DNA of 64,000 nt from a virus. Its lineage: Duplodnaviria; Caudoviricetes. Made by a program: the position numbers and the translations under genes. This document shows positions 48,058-57,776 of the stretch, piece by piece. Below the pieces are notes generated by a model, which worked only from the letters and a program-made list of their open reading frames with translations, did no database searches and had not been told where the DNA came from. The stretch covers positions 1,816 to 65,815 of the IMG/VR virus record IMGVR_UViG_3300036845_000049; one strand, written 5' to 3'. How positions within the stretch are numbered: position 1 is the stretch's first letter; each line of letters begins with the position of its first letter.

Positions 48058-48449
48058 CGCCTGAGGGCAGGGTTAAAAAGAAAGTAACGGAGCTACTTAA
48101 AACGTTCCCTTCGGTCTACGCCTTTATGCCCGTACAGCACGGCTTAGGCGCGTCAGGACTGGACTACCACTGCGTAGTGGGTAAGATGCTTCAGGTGGGG
48201 CCTATAGCTGAGATGATCCCCCTAGCGTTCTTCATTGAGGCGAAGAAACCGGGTGGCGAGCCTACCCAACGGCAGGATGATTTTATCTACGAACGCAAAG
48301 TAAAACAGAACGCGCGGACGTTCGTAATTGACGAGGACCCAAGCATAGGCAAGGGCAAGGGGCTGGATGATTTGGCCCTATGGTTAGGAGAGATAGAGCG
48401 TCACAATGAACATATCCGTTCCATTATCCAACACGAATTTACCCAGTAG
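48054..48449 (+). CDS. VRR-NUC nuclease / Holliday junction resolvase-like
   Basis: TPEGRVK, G..D, IEAK.PG..PT.RQ. Confidence 0.85.
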   Translation: MTPEGRVKKKVTELLKTFPSVYAFMPVQHGLGASGLDYHCVVGKMLQVGPIAEMIPLAFFIEAKKPGGEPTQRQDDFIYERKVKQNARTFVIDEDPSIGKGKGLDDLALWLGEIERHNEHIRSIIQHEFTQ

Positions 48450-49875
48450 AGTAACTAGCGACCAAGCCGGGGCAGCAATGCTGACGGCTGGGTACGCGTT
48501 CCCTGAGGGAACGTTTCAAGTGCAGAAGTGGACAGCAGCGCTGTTCATCGAGAACCCGCGTGGGTACTGCATCAATGAGCTAGGCACAGGCAAGACAAGA
48601 AGTATTTTATTTGCGTTCGATGCGCTCAAGCGGGCGGGTTTGGTGCAGCGGATGATTGTGTTATGCCCACTGACCGCCATGAGACGCACGTGGTATCGGG
48701 AAGTGCTGCTATATTTCCCATGGCTCAAAGCGATAATTCTGCACGGCCCTAACAAGGCCGCTCGCTTCAAGAAACTGGTAGAGAGAGTTGACATTTATAT
48801 CATCAACCACGATGGGCTTGAAGTGCTAGAAGATAGCTTGATGTTGCGTGACGATATCGACTGCGTATGTGTTGACGAGATTGGCGGCTACCGGAACGGA
48901 CGGGCTGAGAAAACTAAACTATTGCGCGCATACGTCGCGTCGAAAGACTACGTGTGGGGCCTGACTGGTTCGCCTATCCCTCGCGCCGTCACCGACGTAT
49001 GGGGGCCATGCTCATGTCTTACTCCCCATACTGTACCGAAATTCTTCACGATCTTCCGCGACCAACTGATGCTCAAGAAAGGTCAGTTCAAGTGGGTGCC
49101 TAAACCCGGTGCGGAGGAACGCGCCGTATCGTGCATGCAGCCAAGCGTGCGGTTCAAACTCTCGGACGTGACCGAGTTACCCGAGAGGGTAATTAAGTAT
49201 TACCAAGCAGACCTGACGCCGAAACAGAGTTACGTTTATGAGGCGATGCGCAAGCAATCAATCGCGCTAGTTGGGGAACACAAGATCGATGCGCTCAACG
49301 CTGGCGCGGTGCTAAGCAAACTGATGCAGATCGCTATCGGTTACGTGTACACGCGCGACGGCAAAACGATCCATATGGACAACACGCCGCGCTTGCAATT
49401 GATCCTAGACCTGATCGACAGCACGCAACGCAAGGTGCTTCTGTTCGCGCCATTCAAATCGGCAGTGAGTGCGTTTAGTGCGTTTCTGACAACCAACAAA
49501 GTCTCTCATGCCGTAGTGACGGGCGATACAACGCTCAAGCGACGTGACGAGATATTCGGGGACTTTCAAGACACGCCCAAGTACAAGGTTATTGCCGCGC
49601 ATCCCGGATGCATGTCTCACAGCCTTACGCTCACAAAGGCGAACACGACGATATGGGCAGGGCCAGTGACTTCACTGGAAACGTTCCAACAGGCGAACGG
49701 GCGCACGTATCGAGTGGGGCAGGACGACAAGACGTTAGTAGCGATGGTTGGCGGAACGGCGATGGAAGAAAAAATGTACAAACTTCTCGCCGCCAACGAA
49801 CAGCTACAAAATCGTTTCCTTGAAATAGTCGAGGCAATCACAGAGCAGATCACAGAAGGGGAACTTACCCAGTGA
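48406..49875 (+). CDS. SNF2-like SF2 helicase
   Basis: GTGKT, VDE, LTGSP, QANGR.YR.GQ. Confidence 0.88.
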   Translation: MNISVPLSNTNLPSRVTSDQAGAAMLTAGYAFPEGTFQVQKWTAALFIENPRGYCINELGTGKTRSILFAFDALKRAGLVQRMIVLCPLTAMRRTWYREVLLYFPWLKAIILHGPNKAARFKKLVERVDIYIINHDGLEVLEDSLMLRDDIDCVCVDEIGGYRNGRAEKTKLLRAYVASKDYVWGLTGSPIPRAVTDVWGPCSCLTPHTVPKFFTIFRDQLMLKKGQFKWVPKPGAEERAVSCMQPSVRFKLSDVTELPERVIKYYQADLTPKQSYVYEAMRKQSIALVGEHKIDALNAGAVLSKLMQIAIGYVYTRDGKTIHMDNTPRLQLILDLIDSTQRKVLLFAPFKSAVSAFSAFLTTNKVSHAVVTGDTTLKRRDEIFGDFQDTPKYKVIAAHPGCMSHSLTLTKANTTIWAGPVTSLETFQQANGRTYRVGQDDKTLVAMVGGTAMEEKMYKLLAANEQLQNRFLEIVEAITEQITEGELTQ

Positions 49876-50069
49876 GTAACGATGCATTAGGTGAACGGTT
49901 CGCTGACGCCATTACGAGGGTATTAGAGATATTACCGAAGGATGGAACGGAAGGACATTTCCCCTGCCCCGCCTGCGGCATAGGCGAAGTGCACTGGCTG
50001 CGTGTCGGCAGGAAGAAGCATTTGCGGATCGGATGCACTACACCAGAATGCGTAATGTTGATCCAATAA
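49872..50069 (+). CDS. Zn-ribbon small protein
   Basis: CPAC...C...C; GTGA coupling inside palindrome. Confidence 0.65.
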   Translation: MSNDALGERFADAITRVLEILPKDGTEGHFPCPACGIGEVHWLRVGRKKHLRIGCTTPECVMLIQ

Positions 50070-50135
50070 GTTAGGGCGATATTTTGGACCCAAAAAATTT
50101 TTTGGGAATTTAGGAACCTAATAGGCTAATCTCAA

Positions 50136-50888
50136 ATGGACAACGATGATGACCACGGACTGGCTAGACATACTGACCCTAGTACGTCTCATGAAGCCGC
50201 TGAGATTACCAAAGCTAAGAAACTAGTAGGTGATATATGCGATGCATTGAAAGCGGTTAGCGGTAACAACAAATGGTACAACTGCTTTGAACTAGCCGAA
50301 GATCATGGCGGCATAACAAATATCAAGTATGCCACACTCACCCCACGCATGCCAGACCTACGAGACACTGGGCTAGTAGACTGGCAGAAGATGAAAGCGC
50401 CCAACGATAAAAATATACTGACGAACTTACTACACTACCGATGGAGAACAACACCTATCATGGCTAATTTTGATCTAGGCGAGCGTATAAAACAAGTGCG
50501 TGAAGTCGAGAAAATCATCGAGGACAAACAGGAAGAACTAGATACGTCGCTCGCAAAGCACCACGAGTTCGTGAAGCTGGGGCGAGCAGAAATCCTAGAG
50601 TTCTTGAATAAAACTAACCAGAAGTCATCCAACACCGAGTATGGTGGGTGTCACTGGAAGCCGAAGATCACATACCGCGTGGAAGATAAGGACGCTTTCA
50701 GGCGGCACGTGATTGGGGCCGAGGCGTGGGAGCTTATCACTTGGGCGTCGGCTCCTGTTAACTGTGAGGCGTTCACCGAAGAACACAAGATGACGCCTCC
50801 CGGCCTCGTGCGTAACGCGGTGAACATTCTCTACATCACCCCGCCAACCAAGCCCAAAGACAAGAACAAGATCGTACAACAACCGTAA
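50136..50888 (+). CDS. Hypothetical protein, apparent two-part fusion
   Basis: N-part ARHTDPSTSHEAA (HTH-associated motif); C-part from MANFDLG at 50459 has its own GGAG. Confidence 0.6.
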   Translation: MDNDDDHGLARHTDPSTSHEAAEITKAKKLVGDICDALKAVSGNNKWYNCFELAEDHGGITNIKYATLTPRMPDLRDTGLVDWQKMKAPNDKNILTNLLHYRWRTTPIMANFDLGERIKQVREVEKIIEDKQEELDTSLAKHHEFVKLGRAEILEFLNKTNQKSSNTEYGGCHWKPKITYRVEDKDAFRRHVIGAEAWELITWASAPVNCEAFTEEHKMTPPGLVRNAVNILYITPPTKPKDKNKIVQQP

Positions 50889-50922
50889 CTTACCCGCAGG
50901 GTAAACAAGAAAGGACAATAAC

Positions 50923-52131
50923 GTGGCTAATAATGTAGCAAATAGAGGCAACGGGGCGCAGGCAATCATGCCACAGTCCCAGTTGTTCGATACTCTGCCC
51001 GCAGAGTGGGATGACTTGACGGCTAACGTAGCCATCAGCTTTCCAATTCTTGGGATCAAGGGGGGTAAGTGGCACTATCGGTTCCGTGGCGAGGAACAAA
51101 TCCTTCTGGACGCACAGGGCCGGTTCCCCACCCCTGCCGTTCATGTCGTCATCCTCAAGGCGCAGAAGGAACTGTCCCGCACGTATTACGCGACCGGCTA
51201 TGTCGAGGGTGCCAACGCTCCCCCGGATTGTTGGTCATCGGACGGCGTTGCTCCCGATATGTCGGTGGCGCAGCCGATCAATCCGGTGTGCGCGACGTGC
51301 CCGTGTGACGCATGGGGTTCGGGCGCTACGCCTGCCGCTCCCAAGGCGAAGGCATGCCAGCAACGACGGCGCACCGTCGTCGTGCCGTACAGCAGTGACC
51401 TGACGAATGAGACTGGCGGTGGGCCTATCCTCTTGTCAGTGCCACCCGGTTCACTCACCAATCAGGTGGCGTATGGCAACATGCTCCGCGACAATCGCGT
51501 GCACTACGCTGGCGTGGTAACGGAACTGAGCTTCACGCAAGACCCAAGCATCGCGTTCCCGAAAATCGAGTTCACCTATGTGAAGTCGCTCACGGACGAA
51601 GAAGCGCAAGTGATTATCGAGATACGCGAACACGAACAGGTGGGCCGTATCTTGCAGTCCAAGATGGTCCCTGCCGAAATGGACAGCGCGCCGCCTCCTG
51701 AAGCACAGCAGCAGGCCGCAACTGCGCCGCCACGACCGGCAACGCAAGCTAGACCGGCCCCACGCCCCAGTGTCGTACGTGCGCCCGTACCGCAGCAGCA
51801 ACCCATGCAATCGGAACTTACGCAGGCAGGAGTAGCAGCGACAGCACCCCCGCCACCCCCGCCACCGCCTCCGGTAAATCGGGTGGGGGGGTTCGCGATG
51901 GGACCAGCGACTAAGGCAGCGCCGCCCCCGCCCCCGCTGCCCGGTACTATCGCGGATGCAATGAAAACACCTGCCGCCCCGCCGCCATCTATGCGTGGTG
52001 TCGCCAAGCCGTTGCCGCCACGCCAGCCAGAGGAACCAGAAACGGAGGACGCGACCGGCGAGCCAGAAGCAACTGAGGGGGCGGTTCCCTCAGACTTGAA
52101 CAAACTATTCAGCAACTTGATGACTGGCTAA
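50923..52131 (+). CDS. ssDNA-binding/annealing-type replication protein
   Basis: PDCWSSDG..P, C..CP...WGS, KAC..RR; Pro-rich linker and acidic tail; AAGGA RBS. Confidence 0.65.
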   Translation: MANNVANRGNGAQAIMPQSQLFDTLPAEWDDLTANVAISFPILGIKGGKWHYRFRGEEQILLDAQGRFPTPAVHVVILKAQKELSRTYYATGYVEGANAPPDCWSSDGVAPDMSVAQPINPVCATCPCDAWGSGATPAAPKAKACQQRRRTVVVPYSSDLTNETGGGPILLSVPPGSLTNQVAYGNMLRDNRVHYAGVVTELSFTQDPSIAFPKIEFTYVKSLTDEEAQVIIEIREHEQVGRILQSKMVPAEMDSAPPPEAQQQAATAPPRPATQARPAPRPSVVRAPVPQQQPMQSELTQAGVAATAPPPPPPPPPVNRVGGFAMGPATKAAPPPPPLPGTIADAMKTPAAPPPSMRGVAKPLPPRQPEEPETEDATGEPEATEGAVPSDLNKLFSNLMTG

Positions 52132-52194
52132 CCTTACCCATAGAGTAAAAGGGCGGGGCGAACCCGCCCATCTCTGCTTACTGGGGAGGTAAGT

Positions 52195-55149
52195 ATGAGC
52201 GACATGTTGCGGTTCATGAATATGGTTGCGCCTGTGAGCCAAGAAACATGGTTCACAATACATCACCGTACCTTCGTGCCGGGTAGGGTAGACCCTATCT
52301 TCCCCGGCAATGCCCACAAGACGATCAAGACAGCGATGAATGACGCCCAGTATTGGGCGCAGAGAGGCCACTGCGTTTACATATCGCAGGGCATATACCG
52401 CAGCGCAGGGCCGGTAACCGGGATTTACCCGAAGGCTGATCGGACGTACCCTAATCTCGTTGCCTGCAAGAACCTCTACATGGACGTAGACGTTAAGCCA
52501 GACGGTTATCCAACTCACGACGCAATGAAGGCCGCAGTTTTTGGCTTCCTTAAATGGTTCGGCTTATGGCCGACCGTCATCGTCGGCAGTGGATCGGGCG
52601 GGTGGCATTTATACTGGACCCTACACACTGCGATTGACGAGCGCGAATTTAAGAACCTTGCAGGGCGATTGATCAATGCCGGTACAGAGTACGGCCTGCT
52701 ATTCGATAAGCAATGTACACGTGATGCGACGCGGCTTCTCCGGGTAGCTGGGACGTGGAACTTCAAGCATGCCACTGATGACGTGCCAGCTTCGTCCGTG
52801 ACGTTGGAGCATAGCAGCGACGGGGTTCATATCGATGTTGATACAGGGCGCAAGCATTTGGAGCGCTGGCCTACCGCAGTTACCCAAGAGAGTAAGCCGC
52901 ATGTAGGGAGCGTAGACGCACACGGATTACCACTAGACGAGAACGCCGACCTGACTGGGGGTATGAAGAAAGAATATGCGCCCGTATCTATTGATGAAGT
53001 CGCCGTTCACTGTCCTTTTGTTAGAAACACTCTGGATGCTGGGGGAGCTAATCTGGTGGGCGACCCGCAGTGGCATACGGTCGTGGCGCTCGCGTGCCAT
53101 ACCACGGACCCACGGGGAACGGCTCACCGACTGTGCAACAAGTCGCCTCACTACACCGAGGAAGGAACTGACGACAAACTTACCACCGCGCAGTTGGCGA
53201 GGGAGCAGCGCTCGACTATTGGACCGCCGAAGTGCGCCACCATCGCCATCGAGCGAGAAGAATGCAAGACTTGTCCACATTTGGCTCTTGCTACCACTCC
53301 ATTGGCGGTTGGTTTTAAGCGGACCAACGGTCACGCTTATCAACCCTTCACCGCCGCCCCCGGTGCACAACCCATAGAACTGCCTTGGCCTTACTACCAA
53401 GACGCCACCAGTTTACAAATATTCAAGCCACCAGTAGATAATGGTAAGGCTAACGAGGTTGGTGGGCTGGTGTTTGAATACCCTATCCTGCCGGGTGCCA
53501 TGCTTGAGGTAGGGCATCCATCGTACCAATTCATCCTGAACACTATGCAGGGAGGTAAGGAAGTGACCAAGCAGTTCGATAGTTCCATCGTTGCTGACAA
53601 TATAACTTTTGCCAGAGCGTTCTCCGCTGCGGGGTTGCCGCTCACAGTAAGGCCAATCGACATGCCTAGGCAATTCATGACTAGCTACATCAAGCAGCTA
53701 CAGCATAAGCCCGAAACCCTTATCACTGTGCCCGCCTTCGGTTGGTCGCCGGATGCGAACGGAGACATTGGGTTCGCCTTCGCTGGCGAGTATGTCTCCC
53801 CTGCCGGTACGTCTAGATGCGCTCACCCGTCGGGTGGTACGGCGAACTACAGGGTAATGGGCGACGAGCAAGTATGGAGGGATTTAGTAAAGCTTATCGT
53901 CACCCCTGACAGACCTGACTTATCGTGCATGATCGCGTCAAGTTTTGCTGCGCCGCTGGTGGGTATGACCGGCGAGAATGGGTTACTCATGGGGGTAACT
54001 TCGCCTGCATCCGGCATAGGGAAATCCACGGCGCTGACGACAGGGCAGGCGGTATGGTCAAATCCGGGTGGCGTCGGTGGGCTAAGCGACACCGTGAACT
54101 TCACGTTCGCTAAATGTGCCGAGCTTAGACACCTGCCAGTATTCTATGACGAAATTAAGGGTGACCAACAACTAAAGGATATGACGAAAATTGCTTTTCA
54201 GTTAACAAGAGGACAGGAGAAGGGACGCTCAGATCGTTCTGGTAAAATGCGCAAGGTCAATGAGTTCAAGACGCTGTGCGGGTATGCCGCCAACGGCTCC
54301 ATTGTTGATGGCGTACGCGAGGAAGATAAGGGTACTGACGCATCGTGGCTGCGTATCTTCGAGATGCGGGGTATCAAAATACCAGAAACATCTCCCAACT
54401 TCGCGACGAGTGTTCAAGACTTACTCAATGGGTTAGAATTGAACCACGGTGGGATCGGCAGGAGATACGCAACGTACTTGGGTCAGAACCATGCCAAAAC
54501 TTACAAGATGTTGGCTGCGTTCAAGATGGATATTGCACAGGAGCTTCGTGCAAGCCCAAAGGTCGAACGGTTTTGGGTAGCAGCCATTGCGACGACGATG
54601 CTGGGCGCTTATCTTGCCAATGCATTGGGTGTCGTAACGTTCCCAGTGGATGACATGAAGAAATTTATGTTCTCTGAGTTCCATCGCATGAAAGATGCGA
54701 TGGCTGAGGACCCAAGCGACCTGACTAAAGAACGGGCGTTAATGAATACGATTGGCGCGTTCCTTAACGAGAAGCAACCCCGTAACATGGTGATCCTCGA
54801 CAAGACGTGGAGTCAACCGCTGCGCCCACCTAAGGGATACGCTAATATCCTCAATGAGAAGCCTGATCAGAACTGGGGCAAGCTAGAAGCACAAGTATCA
54901 GGTGACCCGCTCACTCTACGTATAGCTGACATCGCCCTAACCGAATGGTGCGCCAAAGGTAAACGCCCGAAGAACGTTCTTGTCGATCAGATGCGGAGCG
55001 TGATGGGGGCTAAGATGACAAGCGGCATCATCGGGTCTGGCTCACGCAAGGGTGGAGCTAAAGAGAATATATGGCTTATCAACGCCAAGCCGGGTACAGA
55101 AATAGCAAGTTACCTCGAATACACGATCAACTATAAATTCCTGCCATAG
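52195..55149 (+). CDS. Primase-helicase (AEP-like primase plus DUF927/P-loop)
   Basis: YMDVD, SGSGGWHLYW, R.LRVAGT.N; C..CPH; Walker A SGIGKST, FYDE; GGAGG RBS. Confidence 0.85.
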   Translation: MSDMLRFMNMVAPVSQETWFTIHHRTFVPGRVDPIFPGNAHKTIKTAMNDAQYWAQRGHCVYISQGIYRSAGPVTGIYPKADRTYPNLVACKNLYMDVDVKPDGYPTHDAMKAAVFGFLKWFGLWPTVIVGSGSGGWHLYWTLHTAIDEREFKNLAGRLINAGTEYGLLFDKQCTRDATRLLRVAGTWNFKHATDDVPASSVTLEHSSDGVHIDVDTGRKHLERWPTAVTQESKPHVGSVDAHGLPLDENADLTGGMKKEYAPVSIDEVAVHCPFVRNTLDAGGANLVGDPQWHTVVALACHTTDPRGTAHRLCNKSPHYTEEGTDDKLTTAQLAREQRSTIGPPKCATIAIEREECKTCPHLALATTPLAVGFKRTNGHAYQPFTAAPGAQPIELPWPYYQDATSLQIFKPPVDNGKANEVGGLVFEYPILPGAMLEVGHPSYQFILNTMQGGKEVTKQFDSSIVADNITFARAFSAAGLPLTVRPIDMPRQFMTSYIKQLQHKPETLITVPAFGWSPDANGDIGFAFAGEYVSPAGTSRCAHPSGGTANYRVMGDEQVWRDLVKLIVTPDRPDLSCMIASSFAAPLVGMTGENGLLMGVTSPASGIGKSTALTTGQAVWSNPGGVGGLSDTVNFTFAKCAELRHLPVFYDEIKGDQQLKDMTKIAFQLTRGQEKGRSDRSGKMRKVNEFKTLCGYAANGSIVDGVREEDKGTDASWLRIFEMRGIKIPETSPNFATSVQDLLNGLELNHGGIGRRYATYLGQNHAKTYKMLAAFKMDIAQELRASPKVERFWVAAIATTMLGAYLANALGVVTFPVDDMKKFMFSEFHRMKDAMAEDPSDLTKERALMNTIGAFLNEKQPRNMVILDKTWSQPLRPPKGYANILNEKPDQNWGKLEAQVSGDPLTLRIADIALTEWCAKGKRPKNVLVDQMRSVMGAKMTSGIIGSGSRKGGAKENIWLINAKPGTEIASYLEYTINYKFLP

Positions 55150-55213
55150 AAGTTACTCTATGGGTAATATGGAAAATCAGAAACACTTGTAGAAACTTTC
55201 TAATTTACCCTTC

Positions 55214-55245
55214 TTGACAACAGGTTACGGGTAAGATATTGTCAA
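55214..55245 (+). promoter_or_regulatory. Sigma70-like promoter embedded in inverted repeat
   Basis: TTGACA-N17-TATTGT; cttgacaa...ttgtcaag dyad. Confidence 0.6.
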
Positions 55246-55265
55246 GGGCTAACCGGGAGTATTCA

Positions 55266-55472
55266 ATGTCTGATCCTAACGACTTCTCAGAGATATCAAA
55301 CGGCGCTGCCCGCAACGTTCAACAGCGCAGCCTGCGTAGGGCGCTCGCGGTCAATGCGGTCACCATGGCGAGGGAACACGCCGAGAGGGGCGGGGAGCCG
55401 TTTACGCAGTCTGATGCGGACGTAATAATGTACATAACCGAACTGTTAGATAGGGTAGCCGAGAAGCCGTGA
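55266..55472 (+). CDS. Hypothetical protein
   Basis: MSDPND start after GGGAG. Confidence 0.6.
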   Translation: MSDPNDFSEISNGAARNVQQRSLRRALAVNAVTMAREHAERGGEPFTQSDADVIMYITELLDRVAEKP

Positions 55473-55771
55473 AACGAGCTATCATGGTTTTATTACTCTG
55501 TGGGGTAAGTAATGCCAGCGCTGACGCTCGCTGCTTTAAGCTTTGGCATTACCCATGGCCTCAGAATTGTAATGCGCATGGGGTCTATCTACGCACGTCG
55601 AAACCCAGTCGGGCTATTCTACCTGCTGTATTTCACCCTCCTGTTAGCGTTCCTGATCCTGTTCCTGATATTCTTCTGCCGGACATGAGCGCAACATGGG
55701 GCGGGGCGATGGATAGCGAGCTTGAATTGCAAATGCAACGACAAAGAGCGATTAGATCACTCGAAAAATAA
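55469..55771 (+). CDS. Putative secreted protein
   Basis: Signal-peptide-like N-terminus; C....W.YPWPQ.C. Confidence 0.6.
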   Translation: MKRAIMVLLLCGVSNASADARCFKLWHYPWPQNCNAHGVYLRTSKPSRAILPAVFHPPVSVPDPVPDILLPDMSATWGGAMDSELELQMQRQRAIRSLEK

Positions 55772-55835
55772 GTACAACCTGTACGTGTATCACGAAATAT
55801 TACAGGTTGTTCATAATAATTACACAAAAAAGAAC

Positions 55836-55864
55836 TTGACAAATACTCCCAATAAGAGTATGGC
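55836..55864 (+). promoter_or_regulatory. Sigma70-like promoter for secreted-protein cluster
   Basis: A-tract, TTGACA-N17-TATGGC. Confidence 0.5.
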
Positions 55865-56002
55865 AATATTGTGGCTTATACGGGCTGGGGTTCGTGGCCT
55901 ATTTTCCCTTTCAGAGTTACCCAGCGGGTAAGCCTATTCCCGTCGCATGTGCGACTGGGGTCCGGGGCGGCGGGGTCCGCTCACTTCACATGGGGTAATA
56001 GT

Positions 56003-56305
56003 ATGAAGCGCATTGTTCTTGCAACGGTTGCGGTGCTTGCTCTCACGAGCGCATCGTTTGCGGCTGGCGGGATCGGGATTGGCTTTGGCCATACCGGGAC
56101 GGCAGCTTCCTCAACCGGCCATAGCGCAGCCTCGGCTGGCGCAACTGGCTTCGGCGTCGGCGTCGGCGCGGGTGCAGGCCGCACCAGTTTAGCGGCTGGC
56201 CTTGGCGTTGGCGGGGCTACGTCCTCGGCTTCGTCCATCGGCAATGGAGCGGCGGCTTCATCGGCGTCGGGCCTTGGCGTCGGCGCTGGTTTCGGCACCC
56301 GCTAA
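56003..56305 (+). CDS. Secreted Gly/Ala/Ser-rich protein
   Basis: MKRIVLATVAVLALTSASFA signal; GxGxG repeats. Confidence 0.75.
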   Translation: MKRIVLATVAVLALTSASFAAGGIGIGFGHTGTAASSTGHSAASAGATGFGVGVGAGAGRTSLAAGLGVGGATSSASSIGNGAAASSASGLGVGAGFGTR

Positions 56306-56371
56306 ACCACCAACGCGAGGCGCGGCTCCGTTCCAAGACAAGCGGGGCCGCTTTCTCATGGAGATAGCGCC

Positions 56372-56698
56372 ATGAAGAACATACTTGCGATGGTTGTGTT
56401 GCTTGCGTTCCCCATGACCGCGTTTGCTGGTTCGTTGCCGACTGCTCCCAAGCCCCCCTCTGTGTCCACAAGTCACGGCGGGGCCTCTGTACCGGGTATT
56501 AACGTCAGTCCCGGTATGGCGGCAGGGCTTGGTGGCGCAGCGGCGACGGGGACAGGCAAAGGTCCAGCTAACGCTTTCGGCTTTAGCGTCGGACCCGGCC
56601 TTGTCCAAGCTGGCTCAGCGGCTACGTCCGCTGGCGGGGCGGGCGCAGCGGCGGGTTTTGGGTCTGGTCCCGGCGGCGTTGCTGGGACCGGGTACTAA
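56372..56698 (+). CDS. Secreted Gly/Ala-rich protein
   Basis: GGAG RBS; MKNILAMVVLLAFPMTAFA signal. Confidence 0.75.
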   Translation: MKNILAMVVLLAFPMTAFAGSLPTAPKPPSVSTSHGGASVPGINVSPGMAAGLGGAAATGTGKGPANAFGFSVGPGLVQAGSAATSAGGAGAAAGFGSGPGGVAGTGY

Positions 56699-56723
56699 TC
56701 TGTATGTTTGCTTTGTAATATAG

Positions 56724-56749
56724 TAGGGGGCTAACAACCCCCTATTTTT
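56724..56749 (+). terminator. Intrinsic terminator
   Basis: taggggg-ctaacaa-cccccta followed by T-run. Confidence 0.75.
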
Positions 56750-56786
56750 CTAACGGGAGGTACGGCAGAGATGACTTGGGGCGTCT

Positions 56787-56930
56787 ATGTTTACTCGGGT
56801 GCTGGAAGCCATAGGCGCTTTCCTAATAGTGTGCGCGGGTATGTTCGCCATCTTGGCGTGGCGCGCACCGTATATACCCGATGAAGATGACCTTGAACAC
56901 GAAGATCAAAACGATTTACCCGATGGGTAA
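56787..56930 (+). CDS. Small single-pass membrane protein (47 aa)
   Basis: MFTRVLEAIGAFLIVCAGMFAILAW plus acidic tail; stop lies within palindrome. Confidence 0.5.
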   Translation: MFTRVLEAIGAFLIVCAGMFAILAWRAPYIPDEDDLEHEDQNDLPDG

Positions 56931-56956
56931 GCTCACACCATAAGGAGAAAGGTTCA

Positions 56957-57703
56957 ATGAAAGCTTTAGTTGCGGCTATGGTAGTCGCGCTCTGCCCCCT
57001 GCCGTATATCAGCGAGGCTAACGCTCAATCTGCCACCGGTATTGGTGTCGGCACGTCACGCTCAACCGCCATTGGGGTGGGTAACGCCTTCGGCAACCAG
57101 TCCAACCGGCTCGTCAATAACAACATGATCACCATTGATCCGGGTACGCCCACCAACACCGGCAGGAATGCAGGGGCGACCAACAGTGGCAACCGCACTA
57201 GCAACCTCTCGAACAGCGGCAACGTCCTGACCAGCAACAGCGGCAACTTGAACGAGCCACACCAAGCGCCGTCCGTGTTCGCTCCCTCAGTCGGTTCGTC
57301 CTCGCCATGCGACAGCTATTTCTCGCTCGGCGCGTCCGGTCCCGGCGCGGGCGCTTCGTTCGCGTTCCCGTGGCAGAACCACAACTGCGACATGAGGGCG
57401 AACACCCTCGTCTTGCAGCAGTTGGGCATGCACGTGGCGGCGAGACAGCGCATGTGCTATGACAACGATACGGCAGAGGCAATGGCGGCGGCTGGGTTCC
57501 AGTGCACGGTAGGGCCACGCGCTCCGAAGCCGGAGCAGACACAGCAGTATACCCCTACGGCGGTGGTCACCCCAGCAGCGGCTCTCGGTGCGCCTACAGG
57601 TGGAGACTTCTACTACTCTCGGGGAGTGCGGTATGTGCCTGTTTCATGCAGTCAGAAGCACCAGACCCATAGCCCGGATGGCGTGTGCCTCAACCGAGGT
57701 TAA
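56957..57703 (+). CDS. Secreted protein with NSGN repeats and Cys-containing domain
   Basis: AAGGAG RBS, signal peptide, NSGN x3, APS..AP..C..S.G...NC...L...G...AA...MC. Confidence 0.8.
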   Translation: MKALVAAMVVALCPLPYISEANAQSATGIGVGTSRSTAIGVGNAFGNQSNRLVNNNMITIDPGTPTNTGRNAGATNSGNRTSNLSNSGNVLTSNSGNLNEPHQAPSVFAPSVGSSSPCDSYFSLGASGPGAGASFAFPWQNHNCDMRANTLVLQQLGMHVAARQRMCYDNDTAEAMAAAGFQCTVGPRAPKPEQTQQYTPTAVVTPAAALGAPTGGDFYYSRGVRYVPVSCSQKHQTHSPDGVCLNRG

Positions 57704-57723
57704 GCAACTTACTCTATGGGTAA

Positions 57724-57760
57724 CAGCGGGGACCGCATTTGCCCCCGCTGCTATTATTTA
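57724..57760. terminator. Hairpin between converging arms (likely bidirectional terminator)
   Basis: cagcgggg / ccccgctg with AT-rich flank. Confidence 0.6.
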
Positions 57761-57776
57761 ATGAATAGCTCGTATA

